A stretch of 64,000 nt of DNA. Origin: Ginglymostoma cirratum. Lineage: Eukaryota. Below, one piece after another: positions 62,478-64,000 of the stretch. The notes under the pieces were generated by a model, which had not been told where the DNA came from, ran no database searches, and was given only the letters and a program-made list of their open reading frames with translations. Position numbers and translations under genes: made by a program. The stretch lies in NCBI GenBank assembly GCA_024137785.1, contig JAHRHZ010000002.1, positions 10,024,358 through 10,088,357 of the forward strand. The letters run 5' to 3'. Position 1 is the stretch's first letter; each line of letters starts with the position of its first letter.

Positions 62478-62929
62478 CCTAGTTAACTCGTTCTTTCAAG
62501 TTTTCCTTCTGCGGCAGCCAAAATAATTTTCGAGATTCTTTTTGGTCCTGATGGCCTGAAACTCCTTTCAGGTCTGACAACATGATAACTTCCAAACAAA
62601 ATCTGCAATTTTGGTTACTTCACTAACTAATGCACTTCAACTGGGGTGAAAATGCTTAACTGAGCTGCAGCTTCTTTTGCACAGTTGTCAAAACAAAAGG
62701 AATGTTCCCCGTTTGTTTTCTCTGATTGCTGTAAACTATATAAATATTTCACCATTTAACAAAGGTATACAATTTGCAACTTATTCAATAGGACTTAGGC
62801 ATGTAATCACCCTTCTGTCATTTCCTTTGAATTAATTCGCTAACACTTCACAGGGATTGATATAACTTAGGTCAGTACTATTGGCCTGGAGGACAATGCA
62901 GACAAATTGCATTGTAAGACCATCATCTG

Positions 62930-63990
62930 TAGGAGGAGCAGTGGGCTATTCAGCCCATCATTTCTGCTCTGCCATTCCTTCATGGCTGATATGTTTCTGA
63001 CCCCATCATCCTGCCTTCTTCCAGTAACCCTTGATCTCCTTACTAATAAAGAAGCTGTCTATCCCTGTCTTAAATAAACTCTCTGACTTGGCATCCATGT
63101 GTTCTGCAGCAATGAGTTCCACAGATTCACCAATCCATGGCTGAAGAAATGCATCATCTCACTTCTAAAAGGCTGTCCCTTCACTGTGAAGCTGCGCCCT
63201 CAGGTCCTCGTGTCTCCTACCAGTGGAAACATTTTATCCACACCCATTCTATCCAGGATTCTCAATATTCTATAATTTCAACGTGATACGCCCCTCATCC
63301 TTCAAAACTCCATTAGGTATCGACCAAAAGTCTTTAACAGCTCCTCATATGATGTTCCCTTTATCCTCGGGATCATTCTCCTCCTTTGGACACCATCCAA
63401 AACTATTACAACATTCTTTAGACACTGGGACCAAAACTGCTCACAATATTTCAAATGCAGTCTGACCAGAGACATATACAGACTCAGTGGTACATCTCTG
63501 CTCTTGCATTCTAGTCCTCTGAGAATGAAAGCTGACATTGTATTTACCTTGCTAACTGCCAATTAAACTTGCATGTTAACCATGAGAGTCCTAAACTAGG
63601 ACTCCAAGTACCTTTATACTTCAGATTTCTGAAGCCTTTCCCCATTTAGAAAATATTCTAGACCTCTATTATTCTGAACAAAGAACATAACATCCCAATT
63701 TCCCACACTTTATTAGACCTGCCACTTCTTTGCCAACACTTTGAGACTGTCCAAGTTTTTCTGAAGCCTCCCTGCTTCCACAACACTACTTGCCCTTCAA
63801 CCTATCTTCATGTCATCTGCAAATTCAGAAAAAGTGCCCTCAGTTCCTTTGTCCAGATTGTTAATTTGTAACGTGAGTACTTGTGGTCCCAACAGTGCAC
63901 TGCAGAACCAGCTACTATCATGAGAAATACTTCACTAACTTGACTTCCTGACTTGTGCCAGTCAGCCAATCCTCTATCCATGCCTCAACA
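62930..63990 (-). mobile_element. CR1 LINE 3' fragment
   Basis: AFILRGLECKSRDV..LYMSLVRLHLKYCEQFWS remnant and CR1 tail. Confidence 0.82.
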
Positions 63991-64000
63991 ATATGGGGCC

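Overview
Eukaryotic, repeat-rich vertebrate DNA, almost certainly cartilaginous fish (shark-type HE1/V-SINEs, CR1 LINEs, Penelope hairpins). Four spliced genes can be read. Three are intact two-exon GPR139/GPR142-like class A GPCRs on the minus strand: A 9706-12555, B 34858-37585 and C 47732-51360. They form a tandemly duplicated array, with evidence that a fourth, B-type copy was deleted. The fourth gene (21719-28635, + strand, 7 coding exons, 272 aa) sits between the duplicated units. It is an NKp30/NCR3-like receptor with one germline-joined VJ Ig domain, a Glu rather than Arg in its transmembrane helix, and a tail with two canonical ITIMs, so it is a predicted inhibitory counterpart of an activating NK receptor. 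Its leader and four cytoplasmic exons are missing from the ORF track. ISRE, kB, GAS and octamer motifs lie upstream of this gene and of GPCR B. The rest is decayed CR1, Rex1/Babar, Penelope, Gypsy/LTR and SINE sequence, simple repeats and two assembly gaps. All gene models and alignments were made by eye; none is confirmed by database search or RNA data.
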